From assembly GCA_964016885.1 (NCBI GenBank), contig OZ024743.1, forward strand, positions 182,218,001-182,282,000: a stretch of DNA of 64,000 nucleotides, read 5' to 3'. Each line of letters opens with the position of its first letter. Positions within the stretch are counted from its first letter, which is position 1. The DNA comes from Eledone cirrhosa. Taxonomy: Eukaryota. The notes below the pieces were generated by a model, which worked only from the letters and a program-made list of their open reading frames with translations, made no database searches and was not told where the DNA came from. Both the position numbers and the translations under genes were made by a program. This document shows positions 1 to 10,888 of this stretch, in pieces.

Positions 1-272
1 TTAACTTTAAGACCTTTTGATTCTAGGCCATGCTTCCAAGTTTGGAATTTCTTCTCTAATTTTGCCATACAGAAGTTCCTTGGGCAGCCAGTCTTAAACT
101 CTTCTGTTAGAGCCTGCAGGAGAATATTAAACAGAAGATGGGCACCTACCTGCACGCTAAATTCTTTACTATAGTCATTGTTAATTCTCATCTAGCTGAC
201 TGTTCCTCAAAAATGGCTTGTACTGCCCTTACAAACCATTTGTCTACACCTAGTTTTCTAAGAGCCCACTAT
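1..272 (-). mobile_element. Degraded RTE-clade LINE fragment (RT region)
   Basis: Aligns by eye, with deletions, to 6050-6372 of the RTE copy in this window (e.g. ccttttgattctaggcc; acacctagttttctaagagccca). Confidence 0.85.
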
Positions 273-1296
273 AATTATCTTTCCTTGTTTTTTTTTTCTG
301 GACTTCTTAGATACTTGAAATCAACTTTTTTTTTAACCCTAACCGGGGGGGGGGGGGGGGGGGGGGCGTTAGCAAGCATCTAAGAGGTCCAGAAAAAAAG
401 ATGATTATTTTCCACCAAACGCGAGAGCTGCGAAACTCCGATGGTCATTTCTTTTCGTCCGCTTTCACCCACCTTTATTTACAAATCTCGTCGTTTTCGA
501 CTTATTTGGAGGTCTTACTCATCATCATCATTTTTCCCTGCTTGCATCGTTGATGAAAAAAAATCGTAGGGAAAACTTCGAGGAGGAGGGGGGGGGGGGT
601 ACTATCTAGGGGGATCCACCCCCTCCGTTTTCTAGGAAAGATTCTGATTGCTAGAATCTTGGAGGTTAGATTAGTTGATAGCACACGAAAAAAAGGGGGG
701 CAAAAATTTTTCCACTCAAATACCACAGACGCACACATATATATATTCAATTAGAGAAAGTTGGTTGAGAGAAAATCTGCCGACTTTTACATAACAGATG
801 TCAAGCACTCAACGATTTATGTTTATCCGGAGTTTTATAATGACAATAAACAAGACGTTTACATTACTCCATCCCTTTTTTATTATACGTATTTCGAAGA
901 CGTTTGGCTTTTGTATAACATCTGCCAACGTGGTCAGATAAAATCCACAGTAGATGTAAATATCCAGTTGATATGCAGCCGGTCATACGAGTTATTCACT
1001 TCAGCGACTGGAAGGTAAAAACCTTACTACCACGCTTCGCGGTTTCGGTTTGTATTCGGTAAGCCCTTTCAAAGGTCTCGGCACCGTAGATTTTATATAT
1101 ATATATATTTGATTGTGTGTGATTAAGATTTTTTTTTTTTACAATGAAACATTGAAGTTTATTTACAGTTGTATAAATAACATTACAAATATGTTTTAAA
1201 TATATAAATAATAATACAAAAAAGGCTTCTGCAGGACTAGAAATGTCTCATTTGGATGAAATCATCAGGAATGCCGGTTGATATATAATTATATAT

Positions 1297-1483
1297 GCGG
1301 TAGATTGGCAGTATCGGTAGAGGGTCGGACGCCATGTTTTGTAGCAAAGAGTTACGCCCCTTTATGGTCTGAGTTCAAATCCCGCCGAGGTTAACTTTGC
1401 CTTTCATCCTTACGGGGTCGATAAAATAAAGCATCAGTAATACACTAGGATAATTGCTGGCCTTGTGCCAAAAGTAGAAACAA
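1297..1483 (+). mobile_element. tRNA-derived SINE
   Basis: B-box-like GAGTTCAAATCC, then a central gcctttcatcct...ggggtcgataaaataaag segment. Related copies lie at ~26475-26630 and ~40025-40170. Confidence 0.75.
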
Positions 1484-1704
1484 TTATATATATATATATA
1501 TACAATAGTACAGCATATTCGAAGTTCGATTAGCAGCCAACCCAACGAATGCCTTCAGCTGTGGAGCCAAGCACTCGACAAGGAATAAACCTCAGAGTAA
1601 TAACATACAGTTTAAAGGGCTTTGCAAATTGAAAATAGCGACCTCTAAATTAGCCGCGTGATCTCTAGCAACGAAAGAACTGACTAGTGAGAAAAGGAAA
1701 TACA

Positions 1705-1705
1705 T

Positions 1706-1736
<31 letters not shown>

Positions 1737-1897
1737 GCATATATATATATATATATATATATATAGCATATATATATATATATATATATATATAGCATAT
1801 ATATATACAAATCAAGATTCACCGATAATCGCATTTTCGGCGGGCAGGAAAAGCGAATATCGAAAGTGAAAATAAGCGATATATATATATATATATA
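1705..1897. repeat. (TA)n/(CA)n microsatellites
   Basis: Direct reading. Confidence 0.9.
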
Positions 1898-2790
1898 TCG
1901 AAAGGAAGAATAAGTTAACACCCCTCTTTTTTTTTTTGCAAAACGTAAACAATTAATATTACTTAATTAACACAACACAATACAATAACGTTAATTTCAT
2001 TTTCACAAAGACAAAACAAAAATGTTAGAACTATAAAAATAAAATTATACCAGTAGATGCGATCTGAGTTTTCCATGGATGTACTTGCAGTAGTCTTTGA
2101 TATGATTTCCAAAGACCAGCCATGCTAATAAATATATTTATAATTATATAACAAGAATTAAGATCGTGACTTTGCTTCTATAACTTCTCAAGAGGTGAAT
2201 AATAATGTAATAACAAAACTACATGTTTTAGGGTACCTTCCGTATAAAGGGAGGCGATAGAGTGTTGTGTTCGTCTTTCTAGATAGGATTGTAAACACGC
2301 TCTTGCTAGGGCTGGCTCATTAGATCCACTTAACAACACAATTCAGGGATTTCTAACAGAAACGATGAAAGAATATTGAAGATAAAGGTGACTAGCCGTG
2401 TTATTAATATTATTGATAACTATTTTTTTAATTATTTATTTTTTCCTTCTTTCACTCTATCTTTAGAAACATGTATGTATACACTAAAATACGCTTACGA
2501 TTATATAAGTCTATAAAGCTAGGATATATACACACACATACATGCATATTTATATATATATGGTATATTTCACAACAGTCATTGCTAATCTATAAGTGTT
2601 GGTTGTTTAGTCTCATGATCGAGCATGACAACATCAATAGACATGACCATCCATTCTTTATAGGGACGTGTTATTTCTATTTCAAATATGGTTGTGTTTG
2701 ATATAAAGAGTTAGCTGTTGCTTTTAACAGGTCTTGCGGCCGTGTCGACATTGAGTATATCTCGCTAGCTCGTGGTACATTCATTGCTTA

Positions 2791-3703
2791 TCTCTATATA
2801 TAAAACTGAGGATGTCTGTCTGTGTGTGTGTGTGAGTTCGAATCCCTAAAGCTCGAGAACCACCCAACCGACTGTTTTCAAACTTTACACATGTAATACT
2901 TATGTTTCAGGGAGTGTTCTGACCAAAAAATTTCAAATTTTCTATGCCCCAGGGACCACATTAAGCGATTTAGCGATCTCGCTCTATAATTCTTAGTCTT
3001 TCTCTTTTTAGATAGATACATACTTATAACGTCGCACCCTTATAATATCTGTCTGTATGTCTGACTGTCTGCATTACGTCACTTCCTTGAGTGTGTGTGT
3101 GTGTGTGTGAGTTTGAATCCCTAAAACTCGAGAAGTACCCAACCGGTTTTTTTCAAACTTTACAAGTGTATTACTTATGTTTCAGGGAGTGTTATGCACA
3201 TACAAAATTCAACTTTTTGATCTCCTAGGGCCCGCATTAGGTGAAAAACTGCGTTTTTAAAGCTTTTTAGGGTGTTTTTGAGGCGTTACGTCAGACCGAT
3301 TTCCTTGAAATTGTAACTATGTATTATTCAGTCTCTTCTTCATACCGTGACAAAGAAAATCCAACTTTTTTATGGCCTAGGGCCCGCATTAGGTGAAAAC
3401 CTTCATTTTTTCAGCTTTTTAGGGCTTTTTGGAAGCGTTACGTCTAGTCGATTTTCCCGAAATTTCAAGGCATATTATGCACATAAAAAAAATTATTTTT
3501 TTGATCCCTAGGGCCCGCATTAGGTGAAAACCTGCATTTTTCCTGCTTCATCGAGGAAAATCTTAAAAATTATCCAGCCATCAGAGTATTCGGTTTATTT
3601 TCTTTACATATTGTCCAGGCATGCAGTTTTTCCACGATTAGGTCTGTTGGCGGCCCACGTTCCAAAATACCTTATCCCGTGCAACGCCGGGTACCACTGC
3701 TAG
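2791..3703 (+). mobile_element. Non-autonomous Helitron (complete termini)
   Basis: 5' TC at 2791 after an A (TCTCTATATATAAAA, then ctgt/gt microsatellite). 3' GC-rich hairpin cccgtgcaacgccggg (3676-3691), then CTAG (3700-3703) followed by T, giving an A|T target with no TSD. Internal subrepeats include cctagggcccgcattaggtgaaaa x3. Confidence 0.88.
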
Positions 3704-3735
3704 TATATATATATATAAGCAATGAATGGACTACG

Positions 3736-3784
<49 letters not shown>

Positions 3785-3787
3785 GTA

Positions 3788-3822
<35 letters not shown>
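3704..3822. repeat. (TA)n microsatellite
   Basis: Direct reading. Confidence 0.9.
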
Positions 3823-3826
<4 letters not shown>

Positions 3827-4081
3827 TTATTTAGTTAGCTAATTAAATACGTATGTTTTATATAGAGCACTCTTTTTTCCTTTGCTTTTTCTTCGGAAAT
3901 ACACATACACACACATATCGCCTGTTTATCACATGGTCATCAAACTCACGTTTTAGCCTGAATAATAAGAAATATTAAAACTCTACTTCGGTATTGAATA
4001 CTCCTTTCTCGCAGCCGTCGACCACACACACATATATGTATATATATATATATATACACATATATGTATATATATATATAT

Positions 4082-4700
4082 GTCAGGTCACCAGTTGGTG
4101 CTACTGGTAACATGTATCCCAGTACAACCTGTCTCATGGTCGGGTCGTTGGCGACTAAACTGGAAATCCCACCAAGGTTTCTTGGTGATGAGGGTGACTT
4201 TGGACATCCTGCAGGACTAAAAACAAAACCTGTCAAAGGGCAAAGGAGCTCTTAAGAGTCAATGGCCATCCAAAATTACCGGGAGAGATGACCCCTTAGC
4301 CTTTGTCAAGGCAGAATTCTAGGAGAAGGAAAACTCTGATATAACTCCTGCAACCCTGATGGTATCCAATGATGTTAACTTGTTATTCTTTTTGGTAAAT
4401 ATCATCTTGGTTAAGAGAGTGGGACTGGCTTTGTGCAGTGCCTTTGCTCACTATAAAAGTTTCACGGCACAGGCATTACTTTATATCTGGAGATCTCTCT
4501 GCACTTGTCGTCACATGGTACCATGGGCCCAGCACTATGTGTCAATAATTGTCACAAGTGTAGTGTTTGTACCAGAGATTTCAAGTCGCCGGCTGGACTA
4601 AAAAGTCACACAAATTCAGCGCATCGGTAGGGGTTCTCCTACATGGATATAAAGTAGTGGCCGTACTCGAAAACGAGTTGGCAGCCACCACCATCATCAT
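4082..4700 (+). mobile_element. Internally deleted (bipartite) RTE-like non-LTR element: 5'UTR-like part joined to the ORF C-terminus and tail
   Basis: 4553-4630 translates HKCSVCTRDFKSPAGLKSHTNSAHR*, a CxxC-x12-H-x4-H finger as found at RTE/BovB ORF C-termini, followed by a short 3'UTR and (CAC/CAT)n tail. The upstream part contains ggagaaggaaaactctgata, resembling RTE 5'UTR motifs. No RT is present. Confidence 0.55.
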
Positions 4701-4793
4701 CATCATCATCGTTTAACGTCCGTGTTCCATGCTTGCATGGGTTTGGACGGGAGTTTTCCCACTTGAGGCAAGAGTGGTTGTCTTGCTCGCATA

Positions 4794-5025
4794 GGACTGT
4801 CTGGCGGGTTTTCTACAGTTGGATGCCCTTCCTAACACCAACCACATTTACAGTGTGGGGCTGGGAGGTTTTTACCGTGTTGCCTACACGGCCACATTAC
4901 AGCGTGGACTGTCTGGCAGGTTTTCTACAGCTGGATGCCCTTCCTAACACCAACCACATTTACAGTGTGGGACTGGGACATTTTTACCGTGTTGCCTACA
5001 CGGTCACATTACAGCGTGGACTGTG
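4794..5025. repeat. ~112-bp tandem duplication in the RTE 3'UTR
   Basis: ggactgtctggc...ggatgcccttcctaacaccaaccacatttacagtgtggg...cacattacagcgt occurs twice (from ~4794 and ~4906). Confidence 0.85.
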
Positions 5026-5192
5026 TGTTTTTTTTTCGTGACACCTACACGATCTCATTTGTTTCGGCCTGGATTTTATGGCACCAACATAACTTTACAT
5101 TGAAAGGGGCGGTGTGGATGGGGTGGGGTGGGTGGGACGGGGGTGTATTTTGTTAGAGATGCCTACTGACTGTAGTAGGTTTTACTTTGTAT

Positions 5193-6413
5193 TTAGGTAA
5201 CGCGGGTCTTCTCTGTTACTGAGTACCGCCAAAGGTCTCGGTCCAGTGACATTGTCTTGGAGAGGTGTAAGTGTGTGAGGTCGGAATTTATCAGCTCATC
5301 CCAGGTTTTTCTGGGTCTGCCTACTCCGTGGCTACCATCTAACTTTATTGCCCTGCACTTTGTTATACAGCTGTCGTCTTTCATGCGCATCACATGACCA
5401 TACCAACGTAGCCTTCTCTCGAGTAAACAACATCTGATCCCTCTTATTTCTAATTTTTTCCTTAGTTCATTTATGCTTTGCCGTTCGCGTATATTACTAT
5501 TACACATCCAGCGGAGCATGCAAGCTTCGTTCCTCTCTAGTCTGCGTATATCCTCTGCACACAATGCCCAGGTCTCACTGCCATGCAACATTGCTGTTCG
5601 TATGCAGGCATCATACAACCTGCCTTTCACTTTTAGGGAGAACCCTTTAGCGGCTAATAGTGGTATAAGCTCTCTGAACTTTTTCCATCCAGTTCTGACT
5701 CTAGCTACTGTACTTTCGGAGCACCCTCCCCCACTGCTGATTTTGTCACCCAGGTAACGGAAGCTGTCCACTATTTCTATAGAACCCTCTGCGCAGTTGA
5801 AAGAGCTAGTATTTTGTGGGCACTTGCTGCTACTTATTGCACCAGAGCACCGGCCACATGTAAAATCTGTGTTCTTAGTTAGCTTACCTGTGATCCCACT
5901 ACATCTTTTATGCACCCATACTTTGCATTTGGGACATAAAATGGAGTTTCTACCTACGCCTTTCCTACACACTGAGCATGGCCATTTCCCGGAAGGGACC
6001 GGCGCCTTATTTTCTTTCCTACAAACTAGAACTTTAGTCTTAGCCATGTTAATTTTAAGGCCTTTTGATTCTAGGCCGTGCTTCCATGTTTGGAATTTCT
6101 TCTCTAGCTCGGCCATTGATTCAGCTATGAGCGTTAGGTCATCTGCGTATAGGAGTTCCCATGGGCAGCCGGTCTTGAACTCCTCTGTTATAGCCTGAAG
6201 AGCAATAATGAATAGTAGCGGGCTAAGAACAGAGCCCTGATGGACACCAACTTTTACGCTAAACTCTTCACTATATTCGTTGTTAATTCTAACCTTGCTC
6301 ACTGTTTCTTTATACATGGCTTGTATAGCTCTCACAAGCCATTCGTCAACACCTAGTTTTCTAAGAGCCCACCAGATAATGGAACGGGGGACTCTGTCGA
6401 AGGCTTTCTCCAA
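5193..6413 (-). pseudogene. RTE reverse transcriptase ORF remnant with inserted C4HC3 (PHD-type) finger
   Basis: 406-aa ORF with YADD; CSVC-x10-CPKC-x4-HKRC-x14-CGRC at 5847-5978. Confidence 0.9.
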
Positions 6414-7642
6414 GTCGACAAAGGCTAAGTATAGGGGTTTACTTTTAGCTAGGTACTTCTCCTGTAGTTGTCATACAATGAAAAGAGCGTCTGTGGTACT
6501 TTTGCCTGACACAAACCCAAACTGCATTTCATCTAGATCGATTCTCTCTCTGATTAGTTGCACTATTACTTTTTCCGTGACCTTCATGACCTGGTCGATT
6601 AATTTAATCCCTCTATAGTTACTCCTATCTAGGGCGTCTCCTTTACCCTTGCAACAGTTAATGATGATGCTGCTACGCCAGTCCTTCGGAACAACCCCAT
6701 TCTGTATGACTTGGTTTACTATCCGGGTGACCATGGTGTGTCCCACCGTTCCAGAGGCCTTCAGCATCTCAGCAACTATTTCCGAAGGCCCAGCCGCCTT
6801 ACCCGTCTTCATATCTTTGATCGCCTTACTTATTATACTACCTTCAACTAACACTGCTGGTCCCTCTATTGGATCGATCTGGGGGAGACTATCCTTCTCC
6901 CATTTATTCTCCTCATTTAGTAGCCTCTCGTAGTGACACTTCTAAGCAACCTTCTTATCAGCGTCAGTGATGGCGAGTACGCCATCATCATTTAGTACAC
7001 ACTTCTCCCCAACAATATCACGGTTTTCCTTGACACATTGCCTAGCAATCCTGAACACCTCACGTTTTTGGTCCTCGCGTTGTAGAACATGCTTGAACTT
7101 TCTTTCCTCTGCTTCCCTTCTTGCAAAGTACACTTGTCTCCTAGCTTCCTTCCTGGCCACTTGATAGTCTTCTCTACTTCCCCCATCCCGCCATATTTTC
7201 CAAGCCTGCTTTTTGGCCTTAATCGACTCCTCCACCTTACTGTTCCACCACCATGTTACTCTCCTCCTGCCTATAGGCCTGCTCCGGCCACAGACTTCGT
7301 CTGCCGCCATCAGCAGGTTTGCTTTCAGGAATTCCCACTGTCCCTCTATATTGTCCGACTCTAAATGCTCTTCCTTACTGTCGAAAGCGTCAAGTAATAT
7401 GCTTTGAAATTTATTTCTGGCTGTGGGGTCCTTTAACTTCCATATTTTTCTCCTGAGGATAGTCCTCTTCTGCTGTCGAGTACGTCTCGTCCTGACTATG
7501 AGGTCGCTAATTATCAGTCTATGTTGGGAGGTGCATTCTTCATGGGGGAGGGATTTAGTGTTTACAACAGTCACTCTGTCACGTCTTCTGGTAAGGATAT
7601 AATCTACCTGGCTGGTATGTTCCCCTGATCTGTAGGTGATCA

Positions 7643-7664
7643 TATATATATATACACATATATG

Positions 7665-7710
<46 letters not shown>

Positions 7711-7786
7711 TGTACATATATATATATATATATATGATGTATATATATATATACACATGTATATGTATATATATATATATATACAC

Positions 7787-7817
<31 letters not shown>

Positions 7818-7818
7818 T
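7643..7818. repeat. (TA)n/(TATG)n microsatellite
   Basis: Direct reading. Confidence 0.9.
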
Positions 7819-8116
7819 TAAAATGAAAATCCGAAGGCAAGGTAAAATTTCCAATCATTTTAATCACGACACATGTTTCAATAAGAGATAGATCGATCGT
7901 AAAGCCATGATCAATTATCACTGATTTCATCCGGTGAAAATGAATTGTCTTCAAATTCTTGATATGAGGGAGAAAATTAGCAATGTTCACTCACAGAGTT
8001 TATTCCCTCATATGAAGATCAAGCAGTCAAAATGCAGCGACTGCTATCAACTTCAGTTAAGGTCATAAAACTATCAAGTCTCTATCTCTCAATAGCTGCA
8101 AAAGACGCTGGACATC

Positions 8117-8330
8117 AATCAAATCTGTAAAAATACAGTCGGTCACAGTTAATGTGAGTGGGTACACACACACTCAACACCCACACACCGACTTGAAGTC
8201 AAAGAAGAAAATATATATATATATACACACATCAACACAGTATCAAATCTGTAGAATTATAGACGGTCACAATTAGTGTGAGTGGGTACACACACACTCA
8301 CACACACCGAAGCGATGTCAAAGAAAAAAC
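8117..8330. repeat. Diverged ~95-bp direct repeat pair
   Basis: atcaaatctgta...cggtcaca...gtgagtgggtacacacacactca...gtcaaagaa at ~8117 and ~8242. Confidence 0.7.
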
Positions 8331-9350
8331 AATAAATATAAGAATATAACAACATAGCATTCACGGAAAGTTAGTTTACAAAACAACAAATGCTACATTG
8401 GCTAAATCTCAATTTGACGATGCAAATTGGAAATATTGGGTCAACCACAGCCCATACACACACAAGCAAGTAAGTTCAGTTCAGTATTCTGCTATATGTG
8501 TATAGATTGAATTGTAACATCCGTATCTCCAGATAGTGTATGTTATGGTATATACACATCCGTATCGTCCAAAAAAGTGTATGTTTAGGTATATACACAT
8601 CCATGTGAAGAGCAAGCAATCAGCTCATATCGAACTCAGTATGTACCACTGTCCCATTGAGAATCCGAGTCTCCAAATCTGTGCGTGCAAGCAACCGCTA
8701 TGTAGGCCAGCAAGGGGCTCCGTGTAGGGTTGGGTATTTGGGTTAAGATGTCATATGGGCCCTTGGGCTTTTAAGATAGGTGTTTGAGTGGTGGAGGTGT
8801 GTTATCCAACACAAAAAGTAAAGTAAAATAACAAAGGATAGCAAAACCTAGAGGATGTGTGTAGGCCCATTAATGGTGTGTAAGTATTATTGTTCAATCC
8901 GTAACTGAGCACTCCATGGTTAGATGATAAAAACCTAGTGTAGTGTTCAATCGGTAGGAACGTGACCAGTCGTAACTGTGGGAACTCAGTGTCTAAAGAA
9001 AACGGGTACTGTGTGTAGAGTTATGTAAGAGAGCGTAAATGGTCTTAACTGAGTGTGCAATATCCCAACCGAGAGAACTCAATGGTTAGGGTATCTTAAA
9101 GTAAAGGTAAATGCGCGTAATCGGTCTTGCCTGAGTGTGTAATCATTTATTAACTATGTATTCTGAGTGTGTAATCATTCTAACTATTTACTAACTAGGT
9201 ATTCTAAAGTGCACTCAGCTGTGAGAACTCTGAGGAAACAGGCCGAGTACCGTTTGTAAGTGTGCAAATGATCTTAGCCGTCTAACTACCTGAGTGTGTT
9301 TATTGAGAGAACTCTAAGGCTAAAGTAGAGAGGGAGGAGTTAGTGGTGGG

Positions 9351-10310
9351 TTACTTTCCAAAAATCCTGTGGAAGGTTTTAGAGGTTCTATGTTGGCAGT
9401 TGCTGAAAAAATCCGCTCTCCTATTAATTAAATAATATTAAAGGTTTCAGCTATACACAAATTAGACGCCAGTGCTGCTGTTATAAGGCTGGGCTGAGCA
9501 CACTATGGACCAGGATAAGGAGTGCTCTATATTCTGTTGTTTAAGCTTCCAGACTAATTCAGAAAGCGCCGTGCTATTTTTTTTATCTAATCTATTAAAG
9601 GTATGGCGGTGATTATACAATCTATCCTTAAATTCAGTGGCAGTTGCCTCAACATACATGAAGGTTCTATCAAGAGTGGAGACCTTACAGTCGTAGACTA
9701 TGTTTTTGGTGAGGCATTTCCCAGCCATGGGGCAAGTGGCGGTGTTCCTGCAATTACATTTTCTGTAATCGACCTGGGTAGTTCCAGAGGAACCACGGTA
9801 CCTTTAGGTCAGGTCTCAGTTCTTGTTTGCTCTATGGGTAAGTTCCCAGGGCTTGGGGTGACCCGACTCGCCTCACGTGTATGAGTCCGTTCATCCATAG
9901 AGCTGCCATTAGTTCTGCCATGTCTAGTCCTCCCTTGGGCTGTCCTAAATCTACTATAATTCATCTTAGCTATATTCTTAGCTATTCTGGAGTAGGACAG
10001 CTTGATGGTATTCCTATTGAATATTTTATAGTATCTGTGTGATCTAGGGAAGCATTTGTCTAAGGCTCAAAAGAAAAGCTTAGCTATACTAGTGGTGAGG
10101 CCAGTGGAGTAAGGAGGGTTATACCACAGGATTTTTCTGGTCCGATGCCTCTTGTTCATACTAACTATATTAGAGTTACCTGTCTCCTTAGTAGCTACTG
10201 GTCTATTATAACTGAAAACTGCCTGTTGGTCGATGGTGTACTGGGGTGCCCCGATTGTGTTTGGAATCGTCCCAAGTCTCCGGGGTGGTGTAGCCCCCGT
10301 ACCAGCCATT
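9351..10310 (-). mobile_element. Penelope-like retroelement C-terminal region (linker + GIY-YIG endonuclease), Naiad-like, decayed
   Basis: Across frameshifts it reads RKILWYNPPYS...LDKCFP...KIFNRNTIKLSYS, CNCRNTATCPMAGKCL, VYDCKV...YVEAT..FKDRLYNH, STALSELVWKLK, WSIV..AQPY, NLCIAE, INRRADFFSNCQH, with stop at 9351-9353. No RT core is visible. 7820-9350 may be its 3' region. Confidence 0.85.
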
Positions 10311-10743
10311 GGGATTACCCTCGATAGCCGGGGTTATATCCACTATGCGTCTGCTACACCTATCCCTATTCCCTTTACTCGACCCTCATTCCATTTTACG
10401 TTCAATGGTTGTTTTATCAGTTCAATAAACTAGGAGAAAATAGAATACATTTAAATACTTCTACCATGGTTTCGTCCGCATTTTGAGATTTCCAATAATT
10501 ATGTAATAATTATGTAACTCGAGCATCGGATTCATCGGGAGATTTGCTCTGATCTAGACACTAAATTTTCCAAAGTGATCGCGCCAAGAATTCATTCAAA
10601 ATGGCTAAGAATCGTGACGTAGTAGCGGTCAGGTTGGAAGGGGTGTGGTAGTTGCTTACGGCTGGTGGTTTTTTTGCTAGAAAGCACAGCACAATACAGC
10701 AAAATTTGTATCTCAACCTAATGGGAGATTATTACATATAAAA

Positions 10744-10749
<6 letters not shown>

Positions 10750-10783
<34 letters not shown>
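10750..10783. repeat. (TA)n microsatellite at the end of the Penelope-type repeat
   Basis: Direct reading. Confidence 0.9.
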
Positions 10784-10789
<6 letters not shown>

Positions 10790-10833
10790 AAGTTAGATAA
10801 AAGTCAAATGATTAAAATTTAGCTTCGTTTATT

Positions 10834-10888
10834 ACTGCTATATATATTTCAGTGACAGCCATCTTTGGCTGTGACCTCTTCAGGCAGT
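10834..10888 (-). ncRNA. Minimal type I hammerhead ribozyme (copy 1)
   Basis: Reverse complement of the motif at 12200-12254. Confidence 0.8.

Larger units (their letters stand above)
4692..7642 (-). mobile_element. 5'-truncated RTE-clade LINE (AP endonuclease C-term + RT + 3'UTR + (GAT)n tail)
   Basis: ORFs 6942-7643, 6471-6854 and 5193-6413 are one reading frame broken by two nonsense codons (TAG ~6942, TGA ~6471). Motifs: SQVDYIL/SQHRL (APE), NYRGIKL, QFGF, KAFDRV, GVHQGSVLSPLLF, YADD, RRLRWYGHV, GRPRKTW. The 5' end abuts (TA)n. Confidence 0.95.

Noticed and set aside
4082-4165. HDV-like ribozyme at the RTE-like 5' end
   Set aside because: Partial hairpins only; P1/P3/L3 could not be assigned consistently by eye.
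5473-7407. Plus-strand ORFs overlapping the RTE, and similar antisense ORFs over Dong and Tx1
   Set aside because: Shadow ORFs antisense to retrotransposon coding sequence.
7862-8060. Hammerhead on the minus strand (GAAAC-ATGT-GTC half with distant CTGAAG)
   Set aside because: The 3' half resembles a PLE hammerhead, but I found no intact CUGANGA with a complementary stem I.
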